Assembly: GCA_964430735.1 (NCBI GenBank)
Contig: CAYSFB010000003.1
Location: 2,039 to 66,038, forward strand
Length of the DNA stretch: 64,000 nucleotides
Origin: an uncultured Planctomycetia bacterium
GTDB taxonomy: Bacteria; Omnitrophota; Gorgyraeia; 2-02-FULL-51-18; JAGOUK01
Direction: 5' to 3'
Made by a program: the position numbers and the translations under genes
Shown: in pieces, positions 1-11,373 of the stretch
How positions within the stretch are numbered: the first letter of the stretch is position 1
Layout of the letters: each line of letters starts with the position of its first letter
Notes under the pieces: generated by a model
Seen by the model: only the letters and a program-made list of their open reading frames with translations
What the model was told of the DNA's origin: nothing
The model's database searches: none

Positions 1-250
1 GCATGCCCGCGGCGTTTTGTGTCTTGCCGCCGGGATGCACAAAGTTCCTCTGACCAATATTCCTTCCACCCGGGTCAAGAAAAGCGTCATCTCGCACGGC
101 CATGCCTCAAAAGACCAGGTGGCCCGGGCCGTTCAGGGAATACTAGGCCTCAAGCAGCCGCCCAAGCCGCACGACGTGACCGACGCGCTTGCGGTCGCGA
201 TCAGCTATGCCTTTACGCGCCGGCATGCGGCGCACGCGGTCTACGCATGA
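1..250 (+). CDS. ruvC: Holliday junction resolvase RuvC, C-terminal fragment (gene starts upstream of window)
   Basis: Frame ending at 250 translates to ...SHGHASKDQVARAVQGILGL...DVTDALAVAISYAF, a typical RuvC C-terminus. It overlaps the ruvA start by ATGA. Confidence 0.8.
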   Translation, partial: HARGVLCLAAGMHKVPLTNIPSTRVKKSVISHGHASKDQVARAVQGILGLKQPPKPHDVTDALAVAISYAFTRRHAAHAVYA

Positions 251-891
251 TTACGCGCATCGAGGGCCTCCTGGTCGAGTTGGCCGAAACCAGCGTGTCG
301 ATCAATTGCGGCGGGATTCACTACGAAGTTTTTGTCCCCGCCAACGTGCTGAAAAGTCTGCAGGCGACTCAACCCGGGCAACCGGTCTCGTTGGTGACCT
401 TCCACTACGCCCAGGTCGACCCTTCGAGGTCGGTTCCGGTACTCATCGGGTTTTTGAACAAGATCGAACGCGAGTTTTTTGAGAAATTCATCACCGTTTC
501 GGGCATCGGCCCCAAGGCGGCGGTGAAGGCGCTCACGGTTCCGATTCCGCAGATCGCGGACGCGATCGATGCGGGCGACCGGATTTTTCTCAAGACGCTT
601 CCCGGGGTCGGCGAACAACGCGCCCGCGAAATCATCGCAAAGCTGCAAGGCAAGGTCGCGCGCTTCGGCCTCATCCAGGAGGAGGGCGGGACACCGAAGG
701 GTGCGGGCAAGGGCGCTGCGTCGCGCTCGGACTTCAAGTCCGAAGCGATCGAGGTGCTGCTGCAGCTCCAATACCGGCGTGAGGAGGCCCAGCGGATGAT
801 CGACCGCGCCGTTTCCCAGAACCCGGACATCCGGACGGCGGAAGAGCTTCTCAATCAGGTTTATCGGCAAAAAAGCGGGGCGGGGGCTTAA
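247..891 (+). CDS. ruvA: Holliday junction DNA helicase subunit RuvA
   Basis: Internal ATG at 247 gives MITRIEGLLVEL...; the domain layout matches RuvA and it sits directly upstream of ruvB. Confidence 0.9.
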   Translation: MITRIEGLLVELAETSVSINCGGIHYEVFVPANVLKSLQATQPGQPVSLVTFHYAQVDPSRSVPVLIGFLNKIEREFFEKFITVSGIGPKAAVKALTVPIPQIADAIDAGDRIFLKTLPGVGEQRAREIIAKLQGKVARFGLIQEEGGTPKGAGKGAASRSDFKSEAIEVLLQLQYRREEAQRMIDRAVSQNPDIRTAEELLNQVYRQKSGAGA

Positions 892-894
892 TCC

Positions 895-2013
895 ATGGAT
901 CTCGACGATTACAAATCGGATCTCACCAAGGAAGATCTTGAGCCGCGCAAGGCCAAGCGGCAGGCCATCGATTTTGAGCGGGACGAGCGCGAGAAGATCG
1001 TGACCGCGGCGGCGACCGACGAGGAAAAGGTCGTCGAATTGACGCTGCGGCCCAACCTGCTCGGTGAATTCACCGGCCAGGAGTCGGTCAAAGAAAATCT
1101 GCAGATCGCGATTCAGGCCGCGAAGAAACGCGGCGAGCCGATGGAGCACGTGCTGTTGTCGGGCCCGCCCGGACTGGGCAAGACCACGCTGGCCCACATC
1201 ATCGCGCACGAAATGGGCGCCAAGATCACGGCGACGTCCGGTCCGGCGATCGAACGCGCGGGCGACCTGATCGGCATCCTGACCAACCTGAATCGCGGCG
1301 ATGTGCTCTTTATCGATGAGATTCATCGGATGTCCAAGGTCGTCGAAGAGTTCATCTATCCGGCGATGGAGAACTACAACATCGACTTCGTGATCGACAA
1401 GGGTCCGTACGCCAAGACGATCAAATTCTCCCTCAAGAACTTCACGCTTATCGGCGCGACGACCCGCTCGGGCCTCTTGTCGGCGCCGCTTCGGGACCGC
1501 TTCGGAATCATGGCGCATCTGGATTTTTATGAACCGGCGGATTTGATCCGCATCGTGGAGCGCTCGGCGAGCCTGCTGGGCATCGGCATCGACCGCGAGT
1601 CTGCGATGGCGGTGGCTTCCCGCTCCCGGGGTACGCCGCGTATCGCCAACCGTTTGTTGCGCCGCGTCCGGGATTATGCGCAGGTGAAATCCAACGGCGC
1701 GTTGACCCGGGAACTCACGCTCAAGGCGCTTGAGGGGCAGGGGGTGGACGCGGCCGGATTGGACGCGATGGACCGGCGGGTGCTCAAATCCATCATCGAT
1801 ATTTATGACGGCGGACCGGTCGGCGTCGATTCGCTGGCGGCGACGTTGAACGAGGAGTCCGACACCATTGTGGACGTCGTGGAGCCCTATCTTCTCAAAG
1901 CCGGGTTTCTTAAGCGGACTTCGCGCGGACGGTCTGTCACCCGACTGGCCTACGAACATTTCAAGCTCAAGCCGAAGCCGGACGCGCCGACCGGCGAAGG
2001 GCTTTTTGGATAA
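895..2013 (+). CDS. ruvB: Holliday junction DNA helicase RuvB (AAA+), with a ~25-aa N-terminal extension if the first ATG is used
   Basis: LRPNLLGEFTGQE...GPPGLGKTTLAHIIAHEMG Walker A and the RuvB C-terminal domain. Confidence 0.92.
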   Translation: MDLDDYKSDLTKEDLEPRKAKRQAIDFERDEREKIVTAAATDEEKVVELTLRPNLLGEFTGQESVKENLQIAIQAAKKRGEPMEHVLLSGPPGLGKTTLAHIIAHEMGAKITATSGPAIERAGDLIGILTNLNRGDVLFIDEIHRMSKVVEEFIYPAMENYNIDFVIDKGPYAKTIKFSLKNFTLIGATTRSGLLSAPLRDRFGIMAHLDFYEPADLIRIVERSASLLGIGIDRESAMAVASRSRGTPRIANRLLRRVRDYAQVKSNGALTRELTLKALEGQGVDAAGLDAMDRRVLKSIIDIYDGGPVGVDSLAATLNEESDTIVDVVEPYLLKAGFLKRTSRGRSVTRLAYEHFKLKPKPDAPTGEGLFG

Positions 2014-2020
2014 CCGCTGG

Positions 2021-3193
2021 GTGCGTCAGACCCTCTCTCTTGCGGCAGCTTGGATCACCGCGCTGGGCCTTCTGCTCCAGCCGGCCGCCGTGTCAGCCGC
2101 TGCTCCGATCGACACAACCCATCAGATTCGCGTCCTGATTTCCGAAGGACAGGATGTTCTCAAGTTGACCGTGATGAACGGGTACCGCATCATCGACCCC
2201 AAGACACAGAAGGTTCTGGCGGCGTCCAAGCGGCTGGCCGGGGTGAACATCCGCAGCCGCGACGGCGGCCTCGTCGTCGCGGGCGTCGCCTTTCCGGAAA
2301 ACATTCAAATCCATTCCGTCCATCCTGCCGACCTTTTTATCAACAATCGGCCCTTCCGCGGTTTTTTGTCGGTGCATCGGCAGCCGGACGGCTCTCTGGC
2401 TGTGGTGAATCATATCGATGTTGAGGATTATCTCTATGGAGTGCTGTATCACGAGGTCGGGGCGTGGTGGCCCATGGAATCCCTGAAAGCCCAGGCGATT
2501 GCCGCGCGCACGTACGCGTTGTATCAAAAGCGCTTTACCGCCGGCCGCAAATTTGACGTCTATAACAACCAGTACTCCCAGATGTACGGCGGCGCGGACT
2601 CAGAGCGCAGCCGTTCCAACGAAGCGGTGGATTCAACCCGCGGACAGGTGCTCACGTTTCAGGGCGAGCTCTTTCCGGCGTACTATCACGCGGCCTGCGG
2701 CGGCCAGACACGTGACTCGTCGGAATTGTGGAACATCCAGTTGCCGCCCCTTTCGGGCGGGGTGAAGTGTGACTCCTGTTGGTTCTCGCCGCATTATTCC
2801 TGGCACGCCAGTGTGACTATCCGCGAAATGGAGGAGCTGCTCAAAGAGCGCGGCGTCTGGGTCGGGGCGATCCGCGATATGGACGTCATCACGCGGTCGC
2901 CGTCCGGACGCGTGTTGACGGCCGTGGTGAAGGGAGTGTCGGGTGAGAAGACGCTAAACGCCAAGGATTTGCGGCTGTGGGTCGGCCCCACCGTCGTGCG
3001 CAGCGAGAATTTTGAGACGCATGTGCGCTGGGGTAAAATCGTTTTTCAGGGAAAAGGCTGGGGTCACGGCGTCGGGATGTGTCAGTGGGGGGCGCTGGGC
3101 CAGTCCATCGTCGGCAGGAAGTGCGGCGAGATCCTCCAGTTTTACTATCCCGGATCCGCGATCAAACAAATCTATGAGGACGCCACCACATGA
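2021..3193 (+). CDS. SpoIID/LytB-domain protein (secreted; putative lytic transglycosylase or amidase enhancer)
   Basis: Signal peptide LSLAAAWITALGLLLQPAAVSAAAP, then AIAARTYALYQ...YYHAACGGQTRDS SpoIID motifs. GTG 2021 was chosen because the track ORF start overlaps ruvB. Confidence 0.75.
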   Translation: MRQTLSLAAAWITALGLLLQPAAVSAAAPIDTTHQIRVLISEGQDVLKLTVMNGYRIIDPKTQKVLAASKRLAGVNIRSRDGGLVVAGVAFPENIQIHSVHPADLFINNRPFRGFLSVHRQPDGSLAVVNHIDVEDYLYGVLYHEVGAWWPMESLKAQAIAARTYALYQKRFTAGRKFDVYNNQYSQMYGGADSERSRSNEAVDSTRGQVLTFQGELFPAYYHAACGGQTRDSSELWNIQLPPLSGGVKCDSCWFSPHYSWHASVTIREMEELLKERGVWVGAIRDMDVITRSPSGRVLTAVVKGVSGEKTLNAKDLRLWVGPTVVRSENFETHVRWGKIVFQGKGWGHGVGMCQWGALGQSIVGRKCGEILQFYYPGSAIKQIYEDATT

Positions 3194-3510
3194 GTGAACC
3201 GATCCCCGATTTGTCCGGTCATTTGACGCCCGCCGAGAAAAAAGTCCGCGACATCGAACTGGCGGAGCAGGCAAAAAAGTTCTTCGGAGGCTTGAACGAC
3301 GACGAGCGGCGACGGCTCGGCATGGAAGCGGAGCGCAGTCAGCCGTCAGCGGCCGCCGTTCTCGAGGCGGAAGGGATCGAGTCCGAAGACGGCGAAGCGG
3401 TCGCGGAGGACAAGCCGCGCGCTTCCACCGGAGTCGCCGACGGCGTGGCGGCGGCGCTGAGTCTGCTCGCGTTTATCGGAATTTTAATTTGGGTGATCGG
3501 CAGCCGCTGA
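3190..3510 (+). CDS. Hypothetical acidic protein with a C-terminal transmembrane helix (tail-anchored)
   Basis: The 106-aa ORF ends in ...AAALSLLAFIGILIWVIGSR, and ATGA overlaps the upstream stop. Confidence 0.5.
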   Translation: MSEPIPDLSGHLTPAEKKVRDIELAEQAKKFFGGLNDDERRRLGMEAERSQPSAAAVLEAEGIESEDGEAVAEDKPRASTGVADGVAAALSLLAFIGILIWVIGSR

Positions 3511-3540
3511 CGGGAGTCGGCGGCGGGGCGGGCAGGGGTT

Positions 3541-3900
3541 TTAGACCTGCTCCGGCATCATGAGCGGTTCGTATTTTTCGGGAGCTTGAAAGGGGAAGGT
3601 GGCGGCCTCGTAGATGCCGACGCCGGTTCGGGCGATGGCGAGGCCGACGCCGCGGGTTACACCCGTCGTCATGGCTTCGAAGAAGTTGCGTTCCTTGTTG
3701 AACTTGTCGACCGTGACCGGCGCTTCCATCCAGCCGGTGACTCCATTGTGAAGGCCTCGCTGGAGTTTTTTGCCGGCGGTGTACTGGTTCTCGGAGGCGG
3801 CGGGAGCGGCTGTTTCGGCGCCGGCAAGTGAAGGAACGGTGAGGATGCCCAGCATCAGACCCAGTGCGGCGGAAACGAGAGTCATTTGAAGTTTTTGCAT
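3541..3900 (-). CDS. Hypothetical secreted protein (signal peptide)
   Basis: MQKLQMTLVSAALGLMLGILTVPSLAGA signal, then the small conserved-looking segment GLHNGVTGWMEAPV. Internal ATG 3900 was chosen as start. Confidence 0.5.
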   Translation of the reverse strand: MQKLQMTLVSAALGLMLGILTVPSLAGAETAAPAASENQYTAGKKLQRGLHNGVTGWMEAPVTVDKFNKERNFFEAMTTGVTRGVGLAIARTGVGIYEAATFPFQAPEKYEPLMMPEQV

Positions 3901-3962
3901 ACGTCGAGAATACACCCCGGGCTGTTCCAACGTCAAGTGCGCGCATGCGCAGAGGAGAAGAG

Positions 3963-4472
3963 ATGAAGAAGCGGTGGGCGATTTTGGTGCTGGCGGCGAT
4001 GTCCTTTACCGGATTCGGATCGGCAGCGGAAGCGGCGGTTCGGCAGGCTCCTCAAAGCGTCCGGGATCAAGCGGCGCGTTACAGCCGTGCGGCCAGGGAG
4101 ATGATCGCGGCCGGCCGTGTGACCGACGGCGTCAAGATGATGCGTTTGGCGATCAAGACCAATCCACTGGACCCGATGCTGCGGATGAATTACGTGACGA
4201 TCATGAGCAAGAAGGGCGAGCAGAGCCTGTCGGAAGGCCGCCGCTCCGAAGCGATTGCCGTTTTTCGCAGTGTGGAAGAAGAGCTGATGTCGGCCGCCAA
4301 GCTTTTTAAGGACGGAGGCTCTCCGGCCAATGCGGCGCATGTGCTCTCGCAAGTGGCTCAAATCTACCGGTACGTTTATCAGAACGAAGGGAAGGCGCGC
4401 GCCTATTTTGATAAGGCGTTGGAGCTGGATCCCAGCTCTGCTCAAATCCGTTCTTTGGCCCTTTCCCGATAA
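3963..4472 (+). CDS. Secreted TPR-like repeat protein
   Basis: MKKRWAILVLAAMSFTGFGSAAEA signal and helical repeat-like sequence. AGAGGAGAAGAG Shine-Dalgarno sits upstream of ATG 3963. Confidence 0.55.
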   Translation: MKKRWAILVLAAMSFTGFGSAAEAAVRQAPQSVRDQAARYSRAAREMIAAGRVTDGVKMMRLAIKTNPLDPMLRMNYVTIMSKKGEQSLSEGRRSEAIAVFRSVEEELMSAAKLFKDGGSPANAAHVLSQVAQIYRYVYQNEGKARAYFDKALELDPSSAQIRSLALSR

Positions 4473-4527
4473 TTTTCCGGCCATCCCGTATTGAATAAAA
4501 TTAGTCATTAATGTATATTGATGATTA

Positions 4528-5301
4528 ATGAATACTACTGTGTATAAAAGATACCTACTTTTAATTGTTTCCATGATAAGCCTTGCGGTGGGTTCGTCGG
4601 CCAGGGCGGAAGAGGATCGCTGGCTGGTGGCGGCGATCGATGGCGGCGCCTGGAAGAGCTCGGATCGAGATCCGTCGGTGCGGACGGCACTGCAGCCCGG
4701 CGACGTGGTCCGGTCAACCGACCGCCTGGAGACGTTTCAGAACAATCAGGTGACGCTGGCGGGAGACCCGGCCGGCCAAAATCTGGTGGCGGTGCGCGGG
4801 GCATTCCGGGTCCGTCAGGCGGTCGCCAACACCAAGGTCGAATTGGACCGCGGCCGGGCGTTGGCGGTGCTCGACGGCTTGAAGGGGCGGGGCGACTTCA
4901 GCGTGGCGACTCCGACCGGCGTCGCGTCGGTCCGCGGGACGCGCTTCAGCGTGAATGCGCCGATGTCCCGGATGGAAGTTCGAACGTACGAGGGTGAAGT
5001 GCTGGTTCGGAGAGGCGGCAAGGCGGTCCGCGGCGGGAGTTCGGTGATCGTCGCCAAAGGCGATCAAACCGCCCTGGATGCTGACTCCAAAGAAAAGCCG
5101 ACGGTGCAAAAATTATCCAAGCGGGATTGGGACGACTATCAAAACGAACGCAAGGCGATCCGCTCGGCGCGACAGTCGTTGAAGGAAAACGGAGCGCATT
5201 GGTTTGAGGAGTCGGCCAAGCCCTCCCGGACGCGTTGGGTGCCTTCGGTTGAGCCGGATGCGTCCGGAGCAGACAAAGACGCCCAGACCATTCTGTTCTG
5301 A
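4528..5301 (+). CDS. FecR-domain protein (signal/TM plus FecR sensor domain)
   Basis: ...DFSVATPTGVASVRGTRFSV... FecR signature. The 5' end and upstream region are AT-rich. Confidence 0.65.
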   Translation: MNTTVYKRYLLLIVSMISLAVGSSARAEEDRWLVAAIDGGAWKSSDRDPSVRTALQPGDVVRSTDRLETFQNNQVTLAGDPAGQNLVAVRGAFRVRQAVANTKVELDRGRALAVLDGLKGRGDFSVATPTGVASVRGTRFSVNAPMSRMEVRTYEGEVLVRRGGKAVRGGSSVIVAKGDQTALDADSKEKPTVQKLSKRDWDDYQNERKAIRSARQSLKENGAHWFEESAKPSRTRWVPSVEPDASGADKDAQTILF

Positions 5302-5314
5302 TACAATCCCCGGC

Positions 5315-6031
5315 ATGAATCATCCCGGCATTTCCTCCGAGCGATTGAATCAAATGATGTGTTCCCGTTGGCTTTTGCCCGGAGCGCTGCTGGACGAATT
5401 GGCGCGGGACCGGGAGTTTGATGCGGCTCTACGCGCTCCGGTCGGGGTTCAGGTTGCATTCACGCTCCGGACGCATACGCTGCGCGTGATGGATTGCTAT
5501 GAAAAGCATTTTGCTCAGCGGTCCGGGGTTTTTCAGCGAGAGCGGGCATTGTTCCGGCTTTTTCTGGCGTTGCATGACATCGGCAAACCGCTGGCGATCG
5601 AGGCCGGCGATAAGCGTTGGCAGCATCGGTTCACGGTCGACTTGATGCGTAAAACGCGAAACTGCTACCCGGTGACGGATCGGGAGTTTGCCGATTGGAT
5701 TGCGTTGGTGGACGGTGACCCTCTGGGCTCTTTCCTCAAGAATGAAGTGGGCGCGGAAGAGGCAGCTGATACGCTCCGGGCGATGGCTGCGCGCTCATCG
5801 CTGGGCAAAGAAGATTTTTTAAAGCAAATGACCGTTTATTATCAATGCGACGTTTCTGCCTATACGCGACGGGCGGGTATTATGGGCGCGTTGGACGGGT
5901 TGTTTGACTGGGATCAAAATACGGACGAAATCGCGTTCGACGAGGAGGCCGGTTTGTTGAGATTTTCTGAAGCGGTGAAGCGGCGGCTGTCGGTATTTGG
6001 ACCGGCGCAAATCTGGGGTGCGGCCTCGTGA
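5315..6031 (+). CDS. Hypothetical protein, possible HD-domain phosphohydrolase-like
   Basis: LFLALHDIGKP (H..HD..GK-like) motif; internal ATG 5315 chosen as start. Confidence 0.4.
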   Translation: MNHPGISSERLNQMMCSRWLLPGALLDELARDREFDAALRAPVGVQVAFTLRTHTLRVMDCYEKHFAQRSGVFQRERALFRLFLALHDIGKPLAIEAGDKRWQHRFTVDLMRKTRNCYPVTDREFADWIALVDGDPLGSFLKNEVGAEEAADTLRAMAARSSLGKEDFLKQMTVYYQCDVSAYTRRAGIMGALDGLFDWDQNTDEIAFDEEAGLLRFSEAVKRRLSVFGPAQIWGAAS

Positions 6032-7086
6032 GCGCGGCCCGGCATCAGGAGGACGAGCGGCGCCGGGAATCGGCGCACCGGCTCGACGATTTTGACTACG
6101 TGCTTCCGCCCGAGCGGATCGCCCAAGCTCCGCTCGCCAACCGTTCCGACTCGCGTCTCCTTGCGGTCGGACGCCGCGACGGAGAAATGCGGGACTGCAA
6201 GTTCGCCGATATTTTGGAATATATTCAGCCTGGCGATGTGGTCGTGATGAACGACTCGAAGGTTTTTTCTGCAAGGTTGGAAGGCGCCAAGACGACCGGC
6301 GGCAAGATTGAGCTTCTGCTCGTCGCGCCGGCGGACGCGGAGGACCGCCGCTGGAAAGTGCTGTGCCGGCCCCAGCTGAAGGAGGGGCAGACCGTTCAAA
6401 TCGGCGAGGCCCGCGCGCGGTGCCTTGGACGCGCCGCTTCCGGTTACATGGAAGTGGAGTTCGAAGGAATGACGGGCCGCGCCGCGGCGGAGCGTTACGG
6501 GGAGATGCCGCTTCCTCCCTACATCAAGCGCAAGCCCGACGCTTCGGACCGGAGCCGTTACCAGACCGTTTATGCGGATCGGGAGGGGTCGATCGCGGCG
6601 CCGACGGCGGGGCTGCACTTCACACCGGAGCTTTTGTCCGCCCTGGACCGCAAGGGAGTCGAGAGGGCCGCGGTCACGCTCCATGTGGGCTACGGAACGT
6701 TTCAGATGGTCCGCGACATCGAAGAGCACGAGATGCATTCCGAGCGCTTCGAGCTGACCGACGCGGCAGCCAAATCGATCAACCGCGCCTTGGGCGAAAA
6801 AAAGCGCGTGTGGGCGGTCGGCACGACTTCCGCGCGCGTACTGGAAACCTGCGTGCAGGGAGGAAAAGTGATCGCCGGCGCGGGCGAAACCAACTTGTTC
6901 ATCGTGCCGCCGTTCGAGTTCGAGGCGGTCGGCGGGCTGATTACGAACTTTCATCTTCCCAAATCGACGCTGCTGATGCTGGTCGCGGCCTTTATGGGCC
7001 GGGACCGGATGATGCGGGCGTACGAGCACGCGGTCGCGTCCGGCTACCGTTTTTATTCGTACGGCGACGCCATGGTTATTCACTAA
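6028..7086 (+). CDS. queA: S-adenosylmethionine:tRNA ribosyltransferase-isomerase
   Basis: RLDDFDYVLPPERIAQAPLANRSDSRLL... and full-length QueA architecture. Confidence 0.9.
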   Translation: MSAARHQEDERRRESAHRLDDFDYVLPPERIAQAPLANRSDSRLLAVGRRDGEMRDCKFADILEYIQPGDVVVMNDSKVFSARLEGAKTTGGKIELLLVAPADAEDRRWKVLCRPQLKEGQTVQIGEARARCLGRAASGYMEVEFEGMTGRAAAERYGEMPLPPYIKRKPDASDRSRYQTVYADREGSIAAPTAGLHFTPELLSALDRKGVERAAVTLHVGYGTFQMVRDIEEHEMHSERFELTDAAAKSINRALGEKKRVWAVGTTSARVLETCVQGGKVIAGAGETNLFIVPPFEFEAVGGLITNFHLPKSTLLMLVAAFMGRDRMMRAYEHAVASGYRFYSYGDAMVIH

Positions 7087-7095
7087 GCGCGCCTG

Positions 7096-7548
7096 TTGCG
7101 TGAAAAAATCGGTATAATGACGGCCATGGCAGACGATCAAAAAATACGGCAGGACATCGCTTTTTATTACTGGACCGGCATGGTGCTGTACGTCAGCTCC
7201 GCGGTCTTGAGTGTGATTCATATCTACCAATGGAAGGGAAGGCAGCCGGTCGACTTCGCCTTCATCCTGATCCTTCTGTCTATCAACATATCGCTTCTGG
7301 CCAAGATCCGCTCGTACAGCAATTGGGCGCGCAAGCTTTATCTGGCGCGGCTCGTGGCGTTTTCGATGTTTTTTTACCCGATTCTGATCTTCGGGAACGA
7401 CGCTTGGGCTTATTCCAAGCATTGGCCTCACGGCATTCTCCAGCGGGTCTGCAACTTCAGCATCGTCGTCTACGAAATCTACTTCGTGCTGTACCTGTTC
7501 CGCCGCTCGGTCCGCTACCACTTCGCCCATCACGGGAAGGGCCGCTGA
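7096..7548 (+). CDS. Hypothetical integral membrane protein
   Basis: 150 aa with several hydrophobic helices; no recognisable motif. Confidence 0.45.
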   Translation: MREKIGIMTAMADDQKIRQDIAFYYWTGMVLYVSSAVLSVIHIYQWKGRQPVDFAFILILLSINISLLAKIRSYSNWARKLYLARLVAFSMFFYPILIFGNDAWAYSKHWPHGILQRVCNFSIVVYEIYFVLYLFRRSVRYHFAHHGKGR

Positions 7549-8996
<1,448 letters not shown>

Positions 8997-9001
8997 GCCG
9001 C

Positions 9002-11182
9002 ATGAATACCCGTTCGCTCCAGTGGAGAATTCCGGTCGCCGCATTGGCGATCGCCGCGTGTTTTGCCTTCGTTTACCCTCCCTTTGATACGGACGGGAGT
9101 GGCCCTGCCGAAGGAAAGCTCAAGCTTGGTCTCGACCTTCAGGGCGGCATGCACCTGGTGCTCCGCGTCAAAACCGAAACGCTTCCGGTCGCCGAGCGTA
9201 AGTCGGCCGCCGAGCGCGCGGTCGGAGTCATCCGCAACCGCATCGACCAATTCGGCGTTTCTGAACCCGTGATCCAGCAGCAGGGCGAGGACCGCCTGCT
9301 GATCCAGCTCCCGGGCGTCAGCGACCGCGAGCGCGCGCTGGCCCTGATCGGCAAGACGGCGCATCTGGAATTCCGCATGGTCGCCGAGGCAGGTGAAACG
9401 GGCGGCGGTGTCCTTTTTAAGGAGAGCGACGGCGGCGAAATCTGGCTTGAAAAAACCGCTCCGGTTGAAGGCAAGATGCTCAAGGACGCCAAGCAGGAGC
9501 TCAGCCACGACTTCATGGAGCCCACCGTCATGATCCAATTCGATTCTGAGGGCGCCAAAAAGTTCGGCGAGATCACGTCCCAGGGGGTTGGCCGCCGGAT
9601 GGCCATTGTCTTGGACGATGTCGTCCTGTCCGCGCCGGTGATCCGCGAGCCGATATTGAATGGCGATGCGGTCATTTCGGGGTCGTTCACGATCGACCAG
9701 GCCAGGGATCTGGCGATCGCCCTCAAGGCGGGCGCGCTTCCGGCTCCGATCGAAATCCAGGAAGAGCGGACGGTTGGACCCTCGCTCGGCAAAGATTCGA
9801 TTGATCAGGGGATGCGGGCCATGTACTGGGCGGCGATGCTGGTCGTCGGCTTTATGGCCATTTACTACCTGTTCGGCGGCATGATCGCCAACGCGGCCTT
9901 GCTCATCAACATCCTGATTATCGGCGGACTGCTGGCTTACTTCAAAGGAACCCTGACGCTGCCGGGCATCGCGGGCGTCATCCTCACGATCGGTATGGCG
10001 GTCGACGCCAACGTGCTCATCATGGAGCGTATCCGCGAAGAGCTCGCGCTTGGAAAGTCGATTCAGGCGGCCGTTGCCGCTGGATATAAGAAGGCGTTTT
10101 GGGCGATCTTTGACTCGAACGTCACCACCATCCTTACGGCCTTCATCCTGTTTTATGTCGGGACCGGCGCCATCCGCGGTTTTGCGACGACGATGATCAT
10201 CGGTATTTTGGGCAGCTTCTTTTCGGGGCTGTTCATCACACGTCTTCTTTTTGACATCTTGCTGCCGGTTCTCAAGCTGAAGAAACTTCATATGATGCAA
10301 GTCCTTCCCGGTAACCTTTCGATTCCGTTCCTGAAGATCGGCAGGGTATTTTCGATGCTTTCGGCCGCGCTGGTTCTGTTCGGATTATTTTCGATCGTCA
10401 CGCAGGGGTCCAAACACCTCGGCGTCGACTTTTCGGGCGGGTCACTTCAGGAATTCAGATTCGAAAAACCCATCGAAGCGGACGCGCTGCGAACGGCGCT
10501 CAAGTCCGTCGGCTTGGACGGCGCGACCATCCAGAAAATCGGCGACACCGGCAAGGACTTCATTCTGAGGACGCCTGCGGATACGGAAAACACCGTGGTG
10601 AACGCCCTAAAGACCTCGATCAAGGACAGCCGCTTTGAGCGTGTGCGTCTGGAAACGGTCGGACCGCTGGTCGGCCGCGAGCTTACCGAGAAGGCGATCT
10701 GGGCGATCATCCTGTCGCTCATCGTGATGCTGGTGTATGTCGCGGCGCGCTTCGAATTGAGTTATTCGACCGGCGCCATCCTGGCCTTGTTCCATGACGC
10801 GATCATTGCGCTGGCCTTTGTGGTCTGGTCCGGCCGCGAAATCTCCATCTCTGTTCTGGCGGCCGTGCTTACGATCGTCGGTTTTTCGATCAATGACACG
10901 ATCGTCATTTTTGACCGCGTCCGCGAGAACTTCCGGCGTGGATCCAAAATGACACCGCCTGAGCTGATCAATCACAGTCTGAATGAAACGCTGTCGCGCA
11001 CCATTCTGACGTCGTTCACCGTTTTCATGGTGGTCGGCGCGCTGTATTGGTTCGGCGGACCCGTGATCAATGACTTCGCGTTTACCATGCTCGTGGGTGT
11101 GATTGCCGGTGTGTATTCGACGATCTATATCGCATGTCCGGTCGTCGCTTACTGGCCCGGGAAAAAGAAGCTGAAAAAATAG
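9002..11182 (+). CDS. secDF: Fused protein-export membrane protein SecDF
   Basis: SecD periplasmic and TM domains continue into SecF TM repeats in a single 726-aa ORF. Confidence 0.85.
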   Translation: MNTRSLQWRIPVAALAIAACFAFVYPPFDTDGSGPAEGKLKLGLDLQGGMHLVLRVKTETLPVAERKSAAERAVGVIRNRIDQFGVSEPVIQQQGEDRLLIQLPGVSDRERALALIGKTAHLEFRMVAEAGETGGGVLFKESDGGEIWLEKTAPVEGKMLKDAKQELSHDFMEPTVMIQFDSEGAKKFGEITSQGVGRRMAIVLDDVVLSAPVIREPILNGDAVISGSFTIDQARDLAIALKAGALPAPIEIQEERTVGPSLGKDSIDQGMRAMYWAAMLVVGFMAIYYLFGGMIANAALLINILIIGGLLAYFKGTLTLPGIAGVILTIGMAVDANVLIMERIREELALGKSIQAAVAAGYKKAFWAIFDSNVTTILTAFILFYVGTGAIRGFATTMIIGILGSFFSGLFITRLLFDILLPVLKLKKLHMMQVLPGNLSIPFLKIGRVFSMLSAALVLFGLFSIVTQGSKHLGVDFSGGSLQEFRFEKPIEADALRTALKSVGLDGATIQKIGDTGKDFILRTPADTENTVVNALKTSIKDSRFERVRLETVGPLVGRELTEKAIWAIILSLIVMLVYVAARFELSYSTGAILALFHDAIIALAFVVWSGREISISVLAAVLTIVGFSINDTIVIFDRVRENFRRGSKMTPPELINHSLNETLSRTILTSFTVFMVVGALYWFGGPVINDFAFTMLVGVIAGVYSTIYIACPVVAYWPGKKKLKK

Positions 11183-11373
11183 TTCGGGAAATATTTAGCA
11201 AGCTTAGACGGCCGCGGGGCGCATCGTCGCCTCGCGGCCATTTTTATTCAAGAAAATGTAAGTAGTATCAATATTAAGAAAGCTTTCCAAATATAATTAA
11301 AAATTCACAGGAGCTTGTAATTGAAAGCGTGCATGGCATACTCGCCTTGTGAGACGAGAGGGAGGAAGCGAGT

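Noticed and set aside
241-1959. 572-aa - strand ORF spanning ruvA/ruvB
   Set aside because: Antisense to two confidently identified genes. Stop-codon-poor antisense frames of this kind are expected in high-GC DNA, and the ORF has no motif or RBS support.
1868-2020. ORF-track start of the SpoIID-like gene at 1868, overlapping ruvB by 146 nt
   Set aside because: The overlap is implausibly long. The in-frame GTG at 2021 directly precedes the signal peptide and was used instead.
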